A stretch of DNA of 64,000 nt, taken from the NCBI GenBank assembly GCA_016748015.1, contig JAAOMT010000003.1, positions 500,373 to 564,372 on the forward strand, read 5' to 3'. This DNA comes from Geosiphon pyriformis uo1. Its lineage: Eukaryota > Fungi > Glomeromycota. Positions within the stretch are counted from its first letter, which is position 1. Every line of letters begins with the position of its first letter. The position numbers and the translations under genes are program-made. The notes under the pieces are model-generated. The model made no database searches and was not told where the DNA came from. It worked only from the letters and a program-made list of their open reading frames with translations. Positions 1 to 10,364 of the stretch are shown in pieces.

Positions 1-849
1 TGCCCTTTTCGGTGGTACGTACATGTTAGATAAAAAAGTTGACGAAATTGTCTACGATTCCAACGGCCGTGTTACCGGTGTACGTTCGGGCAAGGAGGTA
101 ATATACTATCCGCTCTGATTTCTATTTCGGTTACAAACGTTATAAATTAGGCTGTCTTTTACATTGTCTGATTTCTGAATATGTAGACAGCGGAGACCAA
201 GCAAGTGATCGGCGACCCGTCCTATTTCCCGAGCAAAGTTCGCAAAATTGGAAAAGTTATTCGAGCTATTTGTTTCCTTAAAAGCCCCATACCAAATACC
301 GAAGACGCTGATTCAGTTCAGTTGATTATTCCTCAAAATCAACTTGGCAGAAAACATGGTAAATTTTAGTTTCTTCCTTTCAAATAACTATCCTTGTAAC
401 TTCCTACATGTAAATTCATCGTGAATTCTTTATTAGACTTATACATCGCGAGTGTTTCATCCGCCCATAATGTGTGTTCCAAAGACATTGTTCTCGCAAT
501 TGTTTCTACAATCGTCGAAACTGACGATCCAGAAGCCGAAATCCAGCCAGGATTAAATTTATTGGGTCATATTGTTGAAAAGTATGTTAAAAAATATTTT
601 TTAAAATATTTATTTTCCTCAAGCTGACTTTCTTTTCTTTTTAGATTTGTGAGCATTAGTGATTTAGAGGAACCGATCGAGGATGGTAGAAATGACCAAA
701 TTTTCATATCTCGTTCTTATGATGCTACATCCCATTTCGGAACTGTATGTGATGATGTCAAAGATATCTATCGACGGGTAGTTGGCGAGGAGTTGGTTCT
801 TAAACAAAGACCGAAACAAGAGGATGAACAAAAGGAATTGGACTCATAA
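1..849 (+). CDS. GDI1: Rab GDP-dissociation inhibitor, 3' part (5'-truncated by the window edge; 4 exons visible)
   Basis: Spliced translation [18 protein letters not shown]...|[29 protein letters not shown]...[13 protein letters not shown]|[14 protein letters not shown]...|...[14 protein letters not shown]...; typical Rab-GDI motifs, GT-AG introns, TAA ending at 849. Confidence 0.95.
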
Positions 850-1119
850 TTTATTTAGAGTCTTAAAAATAGCTTCGGTTATTATTGTTTGTATTACTTA
901 TTGTTTGTAAAAATTATGAGCACCTTAAGATTTAAAAATATTGGCCATTTCTAACATCACATCTCAGCTAATAAAAGTGATTGAGGTATTGAATTTTGGA
1001 CAATAAAAACTAATCCATGATTCTGAGATTCTACAGCACGTGACTGATTTCGACAATATATTTTCTTCGATTTTTCAATTTTTTTACCTTCTTCACCTTT
1101 CTCCCAAACCAGCGAAAAA

Positions 1120-2058
1120 ATGTCTGATCTCACTTGGTAAGACATTAGATACTTATCGAACTTTCCTTTATCTTTGATTATTTTTATTTATCGAGTATTG
1201 TTTGAGTTTCTTCAAAGGTAGTATCTTTTTTAACAACTTTTTTTAACATTAAACATCTTAAAGGCTTCTCATAAAGAACAATAATTCATTCTTGGTGAAA
1301 CGGAACGGCGTGCAGTTTAGTGCTGAACGCGGTAACCTTACCAACCTAAATTCGCATAAATATTCGGGTCTTGCGAACAAGAAGGTACCTTGTGATAAAA
1401 TGCATCCAAATTATCTTGAACATTTCATTTTATAAATTTGTTCCCGCTTTGATGGTGATCAAACGGTCTTTTTTAGGTGATTGGAGTGACTGAGGCACCT
1501 GATAAAAAGGGAATCATAATATCCAAAAAAAAAAATAGAGCGCCATTTGGGAAAATCGCTAGTTCTACCTATGAAACCACTCATACCAAAGGAATTCGTC
1601 GTGCAGCCAGAAGTTTCACGAACGAGTACACACGAGCCGGTTATCGCCCGGATTTACGCAAGGTACATTTTTAATTTCGTGAGGGATTGGGAAAATTCAT
1701 TATTTTTAAAATGAGGGTTTCTGTAAATATTTTACGTGAAAATGCTGCAATTCGCTAGAACCTAGCAGAACTCAGTTCGAATAATGAAAGCTGGGCGTAG
1801 AATCTGATTGCTAGAATAAAAATTTCATTACAATGGTTTGTTTGCATCTGAGCTGTTGGTATGAGGATGAATAGAACCATATGAAGTGAAATATTCGAAC
1901 AAAAATATTATTATTCGTTTAGACACTGAATCTTTATTGATTTATAGGAAGCTCTTGCTCGTATTTCGGCAGTATATCAATCGCAGAAACCTGTCAAAGT
2001 TCATGCAAAGAAAAGCGGTCGCCGTCATGCAACCAAGGTTTCTACGAAAAGTAACTAA
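1120..2058 (+). CDS. RPL28: 60S ribosomal protein L28e (exons 1120-1136, 1264-1384, 1477-1662, 1948-2058)
   Basis: MSDLTW|[40 protein letters not shown]|VIGV...GYRPDLRK|[14 protein letters not shown]; L28e signature; pyrimidine tract just upstream of the ATG. Confidence 0.93.
1762..1904 (+). ncRNA. Candidate intronic box H/ACA snoRNA in RPL28 intron 3
   Basis: 285-nt intron, long for this window. Hairpin 1 (ctagca/tgctag; ctcagtt/agctggg), hinge AGAATA (ANANNA) at 1813-1818, hairpin 2 (atttcat/gtgaaat; atggtt/aaccat), ACA at 1899-1901. Confidence 0.5.
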
Positions 2059-2302
2059 GAGGGGCTAGCTGGCCAGTCATTTATCGAGTGATGGAAGCAT
2101 AATAATATGAGGATTTTATATTAATTCCTTTCGGTAATCAATGTGACAACCTTCTGTGGTCAAAAGTATATCATGAATGGTGTTGAATAAGATTTGCTAC
2201 TGATTACCGTAGTTACTTGAAGTCTTTCTATCATAGGTTCTAAAACTTAATCGTGCAAACTCCGGAATTGATATGATATTATATCGCAGATTTTGGGGTT
2301 CA

Positions 2303-3161
2303 TCAGTCCAACAAATAAATGCGTGATGCGATATCACCTACAATCCAATCCATCCCCACAAGCAAATTTTCGCTCGTCACGGCACTACACGCTTGAATTG
2401 CCCAATGATGTGTAACAATCGCATCGAGCTCCAGGCCCTGAAGAAATTATATATTAGCTTCTGCATAATAAAGAGTAAGGGCCTAATTGCAAAATACCTG
2501 TCTAATTTCTTGGTCGGTCAGAGCTCCTGGCAAGTCTTGTTTGTTGGCAAATATCAATAACGAAGCCCCAGCCAATCTCTATAGTAACAGTTTTCATTAA
2601 GTCAATTAAATGTGAAATTTTCAATCTTGAAGTTTTGCAAATTTTTCACCTCCTCTTGCAATAACGCATGCAACTCTTTCTTACAATCATCCAATCGCAT
2701 ACGATCCGCGCTATCCACTACCCACACCACACCATCTGTTTGCTCGAAATAATTGCGCCAATAGGATCTTATAGATTTTTGACCGCCAACATCGAACACG
2801 TGTAATTTAAATCTTGTATAAAAAGCCCAGATAAACTGATTAGGTGTGATAATAAATCCTATTGGCTAATATAAACTGTTGGATACCCATTATGCTCGAG
2901 CGTCTCGATATTGAATCCGAGGGTGGGTGATAGAGTGTCAATTGGTTCGCCATTTAGACGTTTCAAGATAGTTGTCTTACCAGCGTTGTCGAGACCACTG
3001 TTCCGAATAAAAATAATGATTATTCAAAAAGAAAGAATGAAAGAGGATGGTTGTATCTAATAGTTCGATTAACTTGATCATTGAGCGCTGACTCACAGAA
3101 CGAGTAATCGTATTTCTTTTTCATGTTGTCGGATTTTCCGAAGGATGGAAAGGAGACCCAT
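2303..3161 (-). CDS. ARL2: ADP-ribosylation factor-like GTPase 2 (Arl2/Cin4/Alp41), 5 exons
   Basis: [22 protein letters not shown]|[16 protein letters not shown]...|[21 protein letters not shown]...LLQEE|[15 protein letters not shown]...|...[14 protein letters not shown]. Confidence 0.95.
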
Positions 3162-3390
3162 TTTTATCACAACCTGGCTTGTTTCGTTATTAAAATTATT
3201 ATAGATACAAGAGGACTAAGGAAAGATTTCAGAATTCAGAATTCAGAATAAACAATTACAGTTTCCAAACTGATTTGGTGACACAATTTCATGCAACATC
3301 TACATATGGCTGACTCATCTGTTGGAAAGTTTCTTCAACTTCTTACACAACCAAATATTTCACTGCAATCCCCAACCTACTCACAACAAT

Positions 3391-4097
3391 ATGGTGCTTA
3401 ATTTCTCTCTTTTGGGTCATGGTCTGTTTTGCAAACCAAGAATTCTGTACTGTCATAGTCTCATGCTTGAATACTTGTTAATTTACAGGGTGGAACGAAA
3501 AAATATCCCTTCCCTAAACAAGTATGGTACGTTTTCACAAATCAACCTTGAACAATTTCGTTTTTACTCGCATTTCCTTTGGTAGACTAATTTAATGTGT
3601 CTTTAAAACCATTTATAGGACTCCCAGTAAGTTTCTCTTTTCACTTAAAGAGCTCCATACACAAACTACCTTTAACCATCTAATATTGTCTTTTTGGATC
3701 CTTTCTTTATAGTGGGTGGTTGGTGGACTCAACCAGCCAATTGGAAGAAAAATACCTTCATAGCTGGCATTGGAGCAGTTTTGATCAACTCATTGGCTTT
3801 CTATATTGGGTCACAAATTGAGGTAAGGCGGTTGATCTTTCAACGCTTCTCTCAACATTTCCCGAAATTCTCCCATTTTTAGGAGCGTGATACACCACCT
3901 GACCGATGGATTCCTTCGATGCTGGTTTGTAATTTCATCATTTCCATCTTCAGAGTTATTGCATCGAAGTAATTTTTTGTCATAAAAATTCCCCAATGAT
4001 CTCTTTAATGAAATCTTCAAAATAGTGGGCAAAAGAATTCAAGACTGGTAAATACAAAGATCTAAAATTTGACGATGACATGGAGGACAAGAAATGA
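3391..4097 (+). CDS. Small conserved single-TM protein, probably mitochondrial (resembles the fungal YPK-VW-P-GGWW-QP-NW family; possibly NUUM-like); 6 exons
   Basis: Exons 3391-3393, 3489-3526, 3619-3626, 3713-3822, 3883-3924, 4026-4097 join in frame to give MGGTKKYPFPKQVWTPMGGWWTQPANWKKNTFIAGIGAVLINSLAFYIGSQIEERDTPPDRWIPSMLWAKEFK... Confidence 0.8.
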
Positions 4098-5090
4098 TTT
4101 CAGTTTTCTTGGTCAGTCACGTTGAAAATTTTAAGGCAAGAGACGTAATTGTGACGTTGGGGCATTAAGAAAACTAACTTGAAAGCTTTCAAACCAAGTT
4201 ATGAAGGTAAAACTCTCGGGCCATTTTCAATAGCTATTATTCTGGATCCTTAAATTTAAAGTTATTTGGTCTTGCTTATTGTTCTGCAATATTCCAACAT
4301 GTCTTTTAGATAGGATAATTATATATAGTGAGAGAATCAAGTAATCATTGGGGACAGAAGAGGAATTGGTTTTGAAAGTCGAATTGTCAACGGTATGACT
4401 TAATAAAAGCTAAATTATAGCGCGTATAATGATTATTTATTTTCGTGGTTTCTTTGGATCCTATTGAAGTATAAAGTATACTAAAAATTAGTTGCTATAC
4501 AATCCGTTATTATCACCTTTCACCGTTTCATGCTGAGGTCAATATCTCATCCAGTCTGCTTTTGATGCAGCCTATATACAAGGGGATGTTGATGTGAAGA
4601 ATGCCAGGAACTACTACCCAAGTGGCTGTTGCTTATATTACGTTAGAAACCAAGGTGAAGACGTAAACTTGCGCGCAGATTTGATATTAAAAAATACATT
4701 TATCCATAATATAACTCTGCAAGAAACATCCAGTACGCACCCAAATTTATTAGGGCTTGAAAAACCTGTTTTTTGCGGAAATTTCTATATTAAGGGAACA
4801 TTTGATATACTGGTTGCGTGATGTTGATTAACTTGTATTTTTTTCTTGGGTTGTCTTACTTTACATCGTCGCTGTCGTTTTTGATGCTGTTGATATCTTT
4901 GTTACTGCATTGCTACGACTTAAGAAGCGGAAAAATGATAGTAGCTTTTGTGTAGTTATTTGGTTTGATAGTAAATAAATAGTGTATTAATACAATTTTA
5001 AACATCCCCAAATAAAGTATGATGATAAAATGTTAGAGGTAGTCTTTTCGAGACAAGGAAAAGTGACGGATAGATTGTAGCCACCAATAA

Positions 5091-5123
5091 TAGGTAATAC
5101 TAAGCATTGCTATTTAATGCTTA
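5091..5123. repeat. Subterminal repeats at the 3' (right) end of the IS607-like element
   Basis: taggtaat (5091) and taagcatt (5101) at 10-bp spacing, plus inverted copy aatgctta (5116-5123) forming a hairpin with 5101-5108. Confidence 0.5.
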
Positions 5124-6345
5124 TCAAGCAATGCCCGGAAGAAGATCCCCCAAGCACCATTTTCATCTCTGTTTATCACAATCCCACAATTCCGGCAGTT
5201 ATACACTTTGAACCTTCCAATTCTTTGGATGTGTAAGCTTTGTTCTGGATAATAACATGGGCCCCTAATTTCTCGGCCTTGCTGATCAGGCGTTGTCAAA
5301 AGTGATAACGCACCCAACAAAGCATTTTCTCAACAATTTTTCGTGTAATCTTTCTTGCTTTGCGATTCAACATGTTCGACACTTCGAAAGAAGGAATAAA
5401 AATTGATTCGAATTCGCGGGTAAAGAATCAAACTGATTTCCGGTTAATTTCACTTTCCAGACATATAACTTTTTGCTGCATCCGAAAATCGCCTTATCGA
5501 CTCCCCAGGTCATTTTATTTTCATGTTTTGAGGAGGATGCTAATATCTTATCCTTTTTGCAAATGCGAACTATACATCCAATAGTATGTTTGCCAATCTT
5601 GCCTACACCTTTTGTGGGAGGGTACCATGTAAAAGGTGTACGGACACCAGAATCAATAGATGGGATTCGCTCGGTTTTCGCAGCTGTTTTTGCATGTCGT
5701 CTACCCATGAAAACCTCCACTCATTAGTTTTGTGATAGTACGTAAGCTTGTCATCGAACTTTATCTTGCCATCTATTACCATGCCTCTTTTTTTCGAAAT
5801 GAAGAGGCCACAAAGTGCGTTTATCATTATCCAGAATGGTGATAGGCTTATAACGATGTGTAGTAAGCATGGACGGATTATGGAGATGAGTGACATACAA
5901 GCAATTCCATGTGGATTTCGAAAAATTCTGTGGATGAGTTATCATTTGTCTTCCACAGATCTTTTCGAGATCGAAATGATAGAGACCTTGCCAATTCGCA
6001 TTACGCTTAATTGCTTCTTCTCTAGTAATCAATGCTTCATTGATTATATTTGCAGGTGATTTGTACTGGATACTATAAAGCAACATTCCGAGACACACAA
6101 CAGTTTGCATAAAGTTGCGCTTCCCCTTCCCCCACCTATATTGCAGCTTTTCGGAGTTTTTCATCTTCGCGTTTATTAGCGTCTTTTCCTCCTCGAACAT
6201 CTTAAGTTTATCTTTGATGGAGTGAGGCTTTGTCAAAGCCTGTTGCGATGTCGAGTCCAGTAGACAACAGTATTATAAAAAAATCTCTTCAAGTCCAGCC
6301 ACTGCTTCAAGAGCTGTTGTTCAGATACACCTTGATTAATAGTGT
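5114..6345 (-). pseudogene. Fanzor2/TnpB RNA-guided RuvC nuclease, frameshifted and stop-interrupted
   Basis: Pieces across frames: LLIKVY..QQLLKQWLDLKRFFYN (N-terminal OrfB-type region), SIDSGVRTPFTWY (RuvC-I, DPGVRT consensus), IFIPSFEVSNM...KMLCW..YHF*QRLISKAE...VIIQNKAYTSK, VYNCRNCGIVINRDENGAWGIF (Zn ribbon half + RuvC-III). Confidence 0.9.
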
Positions 6346-6689
6346 ACACTCACAAAAACATACCTTTGTTTTAAGGTAACTCGATAGCACCTGACAATTC
6401 CATGCAGATCACCGAGTGGTAGAGGGATTCTAAAGGTGCCAACATCAAATAAAGCTGCGTCTATAGCTAACATTCTCATTACTCAGGAAGAATAAAAAAT
6501 TACTGGACGATTATGCTCTATCAATTTCTTCTGATAAATCTCTGCGAGATAGTGGGATTTGGCTAAATTGATTTCAGACATCTTTTCCGTTTTAGTGGCA
6601 GCATTGTCTATCAGCCCATATTCTTGACCCCACGATAGCCTGTTATCAAACTGTGAATGGGTTGAGAGTATCTTTCATCTTCTTACGTT

Positions 6690-6965
6690 TGCTACAAGCT
6701 GCTGTCACTTTTTCCTTGTACTTTTCGCCTGTTTTGACACTCACGTCAATGGTATGCATTGCAGAATGGTGGAAAAGATCTATTGGAAGAGGTCGAAGGC
6801 AAATCGGTAAAGTCTATCACGGTGGATCCCGATCGTTTGAAATTGAAACCTGACCGACATCGCTGAGATCTTCTTTTTTCATTGCATTAGAGACACACGG
6901 GCATAGAGGTAACCTTTGTTGGTAGTAGAGGTGGTGGTGGAGGTGGGGGTGGTAGTGATATCAGT
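6690..6965 (-). pseudogene. IS607-type serine recombinase (TnpA) remnant with internal deletions
   Basis: Minus-strand translation: KGYLYARVS (YARVS at 6905-6891), EDL.SDVG.SGFNFKRSG (~6875-6827), HRDRLYRFAFDLFQ (6824-6783), and an RKYK-like C-terminal stretch near 6728-6716; absent from the ORF track. Confidence 0.85.
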
Positions 6966-7012
6966 ATTTTAAGAAAAAGGTGGGGTATTTATTTTCGCGA
7001 TCTTGAAACTAA

Positions 7013-7030
7013 TAAGCATTATTAAGTATT
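7013..7030. repeat. Subterminal repeats at the 5' (left) end of the IS607-like element
   Basis: taagcatt (7013) and taagtatt (7023), same motif, orientation and spacing as at 5091/5101. Confidence 0.5.
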
Positions 7031-7154
7031 TTATTGATGGGCATTATGTCGTTTTCATAGAAAAAATTGAGCTCTAGTGTTAATAACTATGTAATTAATG
7101 ATACAAAAACCACTCTAGTTCATTTCACTCTATATTAAGGATAAATTTTAATAA

Positions 7155-8193
7155 TCAGCGTGATTTTAATGCCATAAAATGGACACCAACTTTTTCCGGC
7201 TTATCATTGAACAAAAGACCCCTTATTTCGAGGCTCGATGCTATAATGGTTTTAAGGTACAAATATATGGCTACGTAGTATGGAAGAAAGTATGGGTTAT
7301 AGATATGGGAATCTGAAATAAATAAAGATTATATAGATTTAGTGAGATCTCAAGTACCAAATCCTTGCCGAATTCTAATGGTACACGTCAAAATTGAAAT
7401 CTACTTACAAAATTCTTTACCCTGAGAAGCTTTATTCGCATCAAAATCGTTCTGATCTACAGTTCGTCTTGTCAAGTCATGAGCAATCAAAGAAGTTGTA
7501 ATTAAACAATACAACGAAAAAATGAGACGATGAACATGTGAATGTGTCCATTTTCTCAAATGCATGAATCGATTAGGAATGCTTAAGAGATCAATGCGTT
7601 GCTTTTCTTGGAAAAAGTAACAAGCAATAAATAATGGGGAATTCCATAATGCGGTGAACGTCGCGGGATAGTCTTTCCGTCGACATTCAAGATATATAAA
7701 AAATCCAATTAAACTGGTAATGACAAAGTATAGTACCGCCCCTCCCATTAAACTCCAGGTTAGGGCTGAGGCGGCACACAAATCGACATCCGGTTGATAA
7801 TGAATGGGTTGGCAGGCCTCAAACAAAAATATGTGCGTGCCATTATTACTACTAATATGCTTCACCGCTCCTTTCAAGATATGATATCCAAGTAATGCGG
7901 AGTTGGTAATGAATAACTTTCAGCCAAATTATAAAATGAGGTTAAAATAATTTAAAATCCAAAGTGAAGATCATTTGGCTAAAAAAAAAATTGATACTGA
8001 CTTCATAAAATGGAACTATACGAGAGAGTATTTCCCCTCGAGGAATGACTCTTCCGTTTTGTTGGGGTCTATATTGGATTCCGTTGGAGTCAGTATGCGG
8101 AACAGATTCTGATTTAGATCCTTCACTAAGAACTGTGGAACTTCCATTTTGAATTTGACGATAGTTTGGTGTCAAAGATTCTGAAGGATTCAT
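7155..8193 (-). CDS. Hypothetical multi-pass membrane protein, 3 exons
   Basis: ORFs 8193-7942 and 7877-7401 join through GT-AG introns; last exon from 7312 gives DSHIYNPYFLPYYVAIYLYLK...SR*; several hydrophobic stretches. Confidence 0.65.
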
Positions 8194-8571
8194 TATTTCA
8201 AGTCTGCAAACTTTTATGTATAGTATTGTATAGCTTTGAGAAACTCTTTTAGATGCTTAGATTTGGAAGGTTGTTAGAAAATCTAGAAATGGTAAAGGGG
8301 GAAAAATAATTTATTGAATGTTTCTAGATGAAAAGCTCGGTAAATATCTCTTTTTAGAGAAAATGAGAAGTTAATATGCAAAAGAGTGGCAAGAGGTCAA
8401 CAGGGTCCAGCCGTAAGTGTTTGGGAAGCAAAGAAATAACCGGTCTTTTTACAATCTGAAGCATAGCCTTGTAGCACTACCAATATTTGAGATCGACCTG
8501 ATGCAATCATGCAACTAGCCTCTGAAGCTATAAATAAGTGGGGCGTTCACAGGTTAACAACCTTCGGAAAA

Positions 8572-9796
8572 ATGCCTGAACAGTTTCCAGAGTCTGACTA
8601 TGTTTTTCATTTTGATGCACCAGGTCAAACAATATTTGAAAGCTCAACAATATCGGAAGGGCGATCTTCACGGCTCTTGCCACCAAGTTACGAAGAAGCG
8701 ATATTTAATGGGGAAAATCCTTCACGAGTTGTGGTCTCACCTGTGGCCAGGTTCGAGACTCCTGTGGGGCTGGAGCAAGTTTTTATTGACTCGCAAGGGG
8801 ATAACAGCGAAGGAGTTCCCTTATTAAATAAAGGAGATAAAAATTCAGAATCTATAGAGTCTATTTCAAACAAGCCCTATATTCACTCTCAAGACGCTAC
8901 TGGGCAAATCTTACCACCTCCACCTAGTTATACAATATCTGATGCGTCTTTTGAAAGGACAAAGCAAGGAGTTTCCTCAGATGATGAGAAACTCAATATA
9001 GAACTAGAAGCATTGTTACGTTTCTTTGAAGCCCACAACGACAAACCAGAGATGGCTGTTAGCATACGCGGTAATAATTAGAGCCAAAAGCATTCTGAAT
9101 TCATTCTTTGAATATATGAATCAAACGATTCTTATGAAAATCCTAAGGTTGGCATGAGGAAAGTCGTTGGGAGTCTGTTGTTGAGAGGGGTGAAGATGGA
9201 AACTTGCATCATGGTTCACGAAGCACTACAGTAGAAATTACAGATTTCCATTTGAATTTCGACGTCACACAGTTTATTTCTAGTCATGGACATATTTTCA
9301 CCATTCCCCAGAAGAAAAATCAACCCACCAAAGAAATTCGGGAATTAATGGAGGAATACCTGAATCACAAAAACAGTTTAAAAGAAATCGATATGAAAAA
9401 GGTAAGTGATTATTGCTTCAATACAATTTTAACGTGACATATTATTCAAGGGTACTTTTATAGGTCGTGATATGGGAGTATGAAGGGCTTTCAAAAGCAA
9501 TTACAGCAACAATAAGGCATAAGGGCTTTAAAGAAAAATTGACTATTTCTTTCCCGCTTCGCAATCATGTTGTCGCTGTTTATGCCAACACAAAGCTCAG
9601 CCAATTATCTCGAAATGGCTGGGTTCGTTTCTTTTGTTTTATCACTTGTTTATGGATCATATTTTGGCCACTTGCTTGGTTCTATAGAAAAAGTTTCAAA
9701 AACCAACTGCAGAGTGAATTCAAAATGAATATTCCGCCTGGTGTATGGTTCAACCAGAACGTTCAAACTATTGTAGATACTGTACGTTGGTTGTGA
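8572..9796 (+). CDS. Conserved fungal hypothetical membrane protein with two N-terminal PPSY motifs, 3 exons
   Basis: ORFs 8509-9081, 9204-9437 and 9467-9796 splice in frame; TDF...D, KEI-MKKV-W, and FITCLWIIFWPL TM segment. Confidence 0.8.
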
Positions 9797-9985
9797 AGAA
9801 GCGACCGTTTGGAATTGAAAATGTAAATTATTAATTTCTACACAAAGTCACAGGTAAATGGTGAAAAGAGAATTCTCGAGTGGCAAAAGTTGATAGGAGT
9901 GGTATAATTATACAAATTACTCAATAATTAAAGGTTTAATGAACTTTGCTTAACATAACTCCCAGATATAGCTCCTAGGTTTCAA

Positions 9986-10364
9986 CTATTTTGATTTTGA
10001 GTCCAACTCTTTCTGAAATTCTCTTAAATCCCACACGGGTTTCTCGGACTCCGCGGCCTTTTTAAGAAGAGCCATGAGAGCCGCATTTTTCTCGCGATTT
10101 GTTTCTCTGTTCTTATCGACCTCTTTCTTTAGCTCTGGTGATAGGCTCTACAATATTCAATTTAAATAATATTTAATTTAAATAAAAATTATTAATATTC
10201 AATTAGGTAAAACAAGAACAATTATTGGTAAATACGCTATTAATTACTTGATAAACTTTTTCGTCAGATGGAGATGTTAATTTCATTAAGCCATAACCGA
10301 AGCCAATTACGGCACCACTGACCACAATGGTTCCTATCCAGCGTTGAGCAGTACTTAAGTACAT
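9986..10364 (-). CDS. CBP4: Cytochrome bc1 assembly factor Cbp4-like, 2 exons
   Basis: MYLSTAQRWIGTIVVSGAVIGFGYGLMKLTSPSDEKVYQ|SLSPELKKEVDKNR...AAESEKPVWD: N-terminal TM, T-P...SPEL and S-KP-W motifs. Confidence 0.75.

Larger units (their letters stand above)
5084..7042 (-). mobile_element. Decayed IS607-family-like element (serine recombinase TnpA + Fanzor2/TnpB); ends approximate
   Basis: TnpA remnant upstream of a Fanzor/TnpB remnant on the same strand, as in IS607; TAAGCATT-type repeats at 10-bp spacing near both ends. Confidence 0.8.

Noticed and set aside
3228-3250. (TTCAGAA)x3 in the ARL2 divergent promoter as a heat-shock element
   Set aside because: Spacing does not fit nGAAn inverted arrays; likely a simple short tandem repeat
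4500-4940. GC-richer stretch beyond the Fanzor 3' end as part of the element or a gene
   Set aside because: Lies outside the inferred right end, has no convincing ORF or motif, and needs multi-copy alignment to place
5084-7042. Bacterial contamination, or an IStron (group I intron-associated IS607)
   Set aside because: Embedded without gaps between intron-containing fungal genes and heavily decayed; no group I intron core recognised upstream of TnpA
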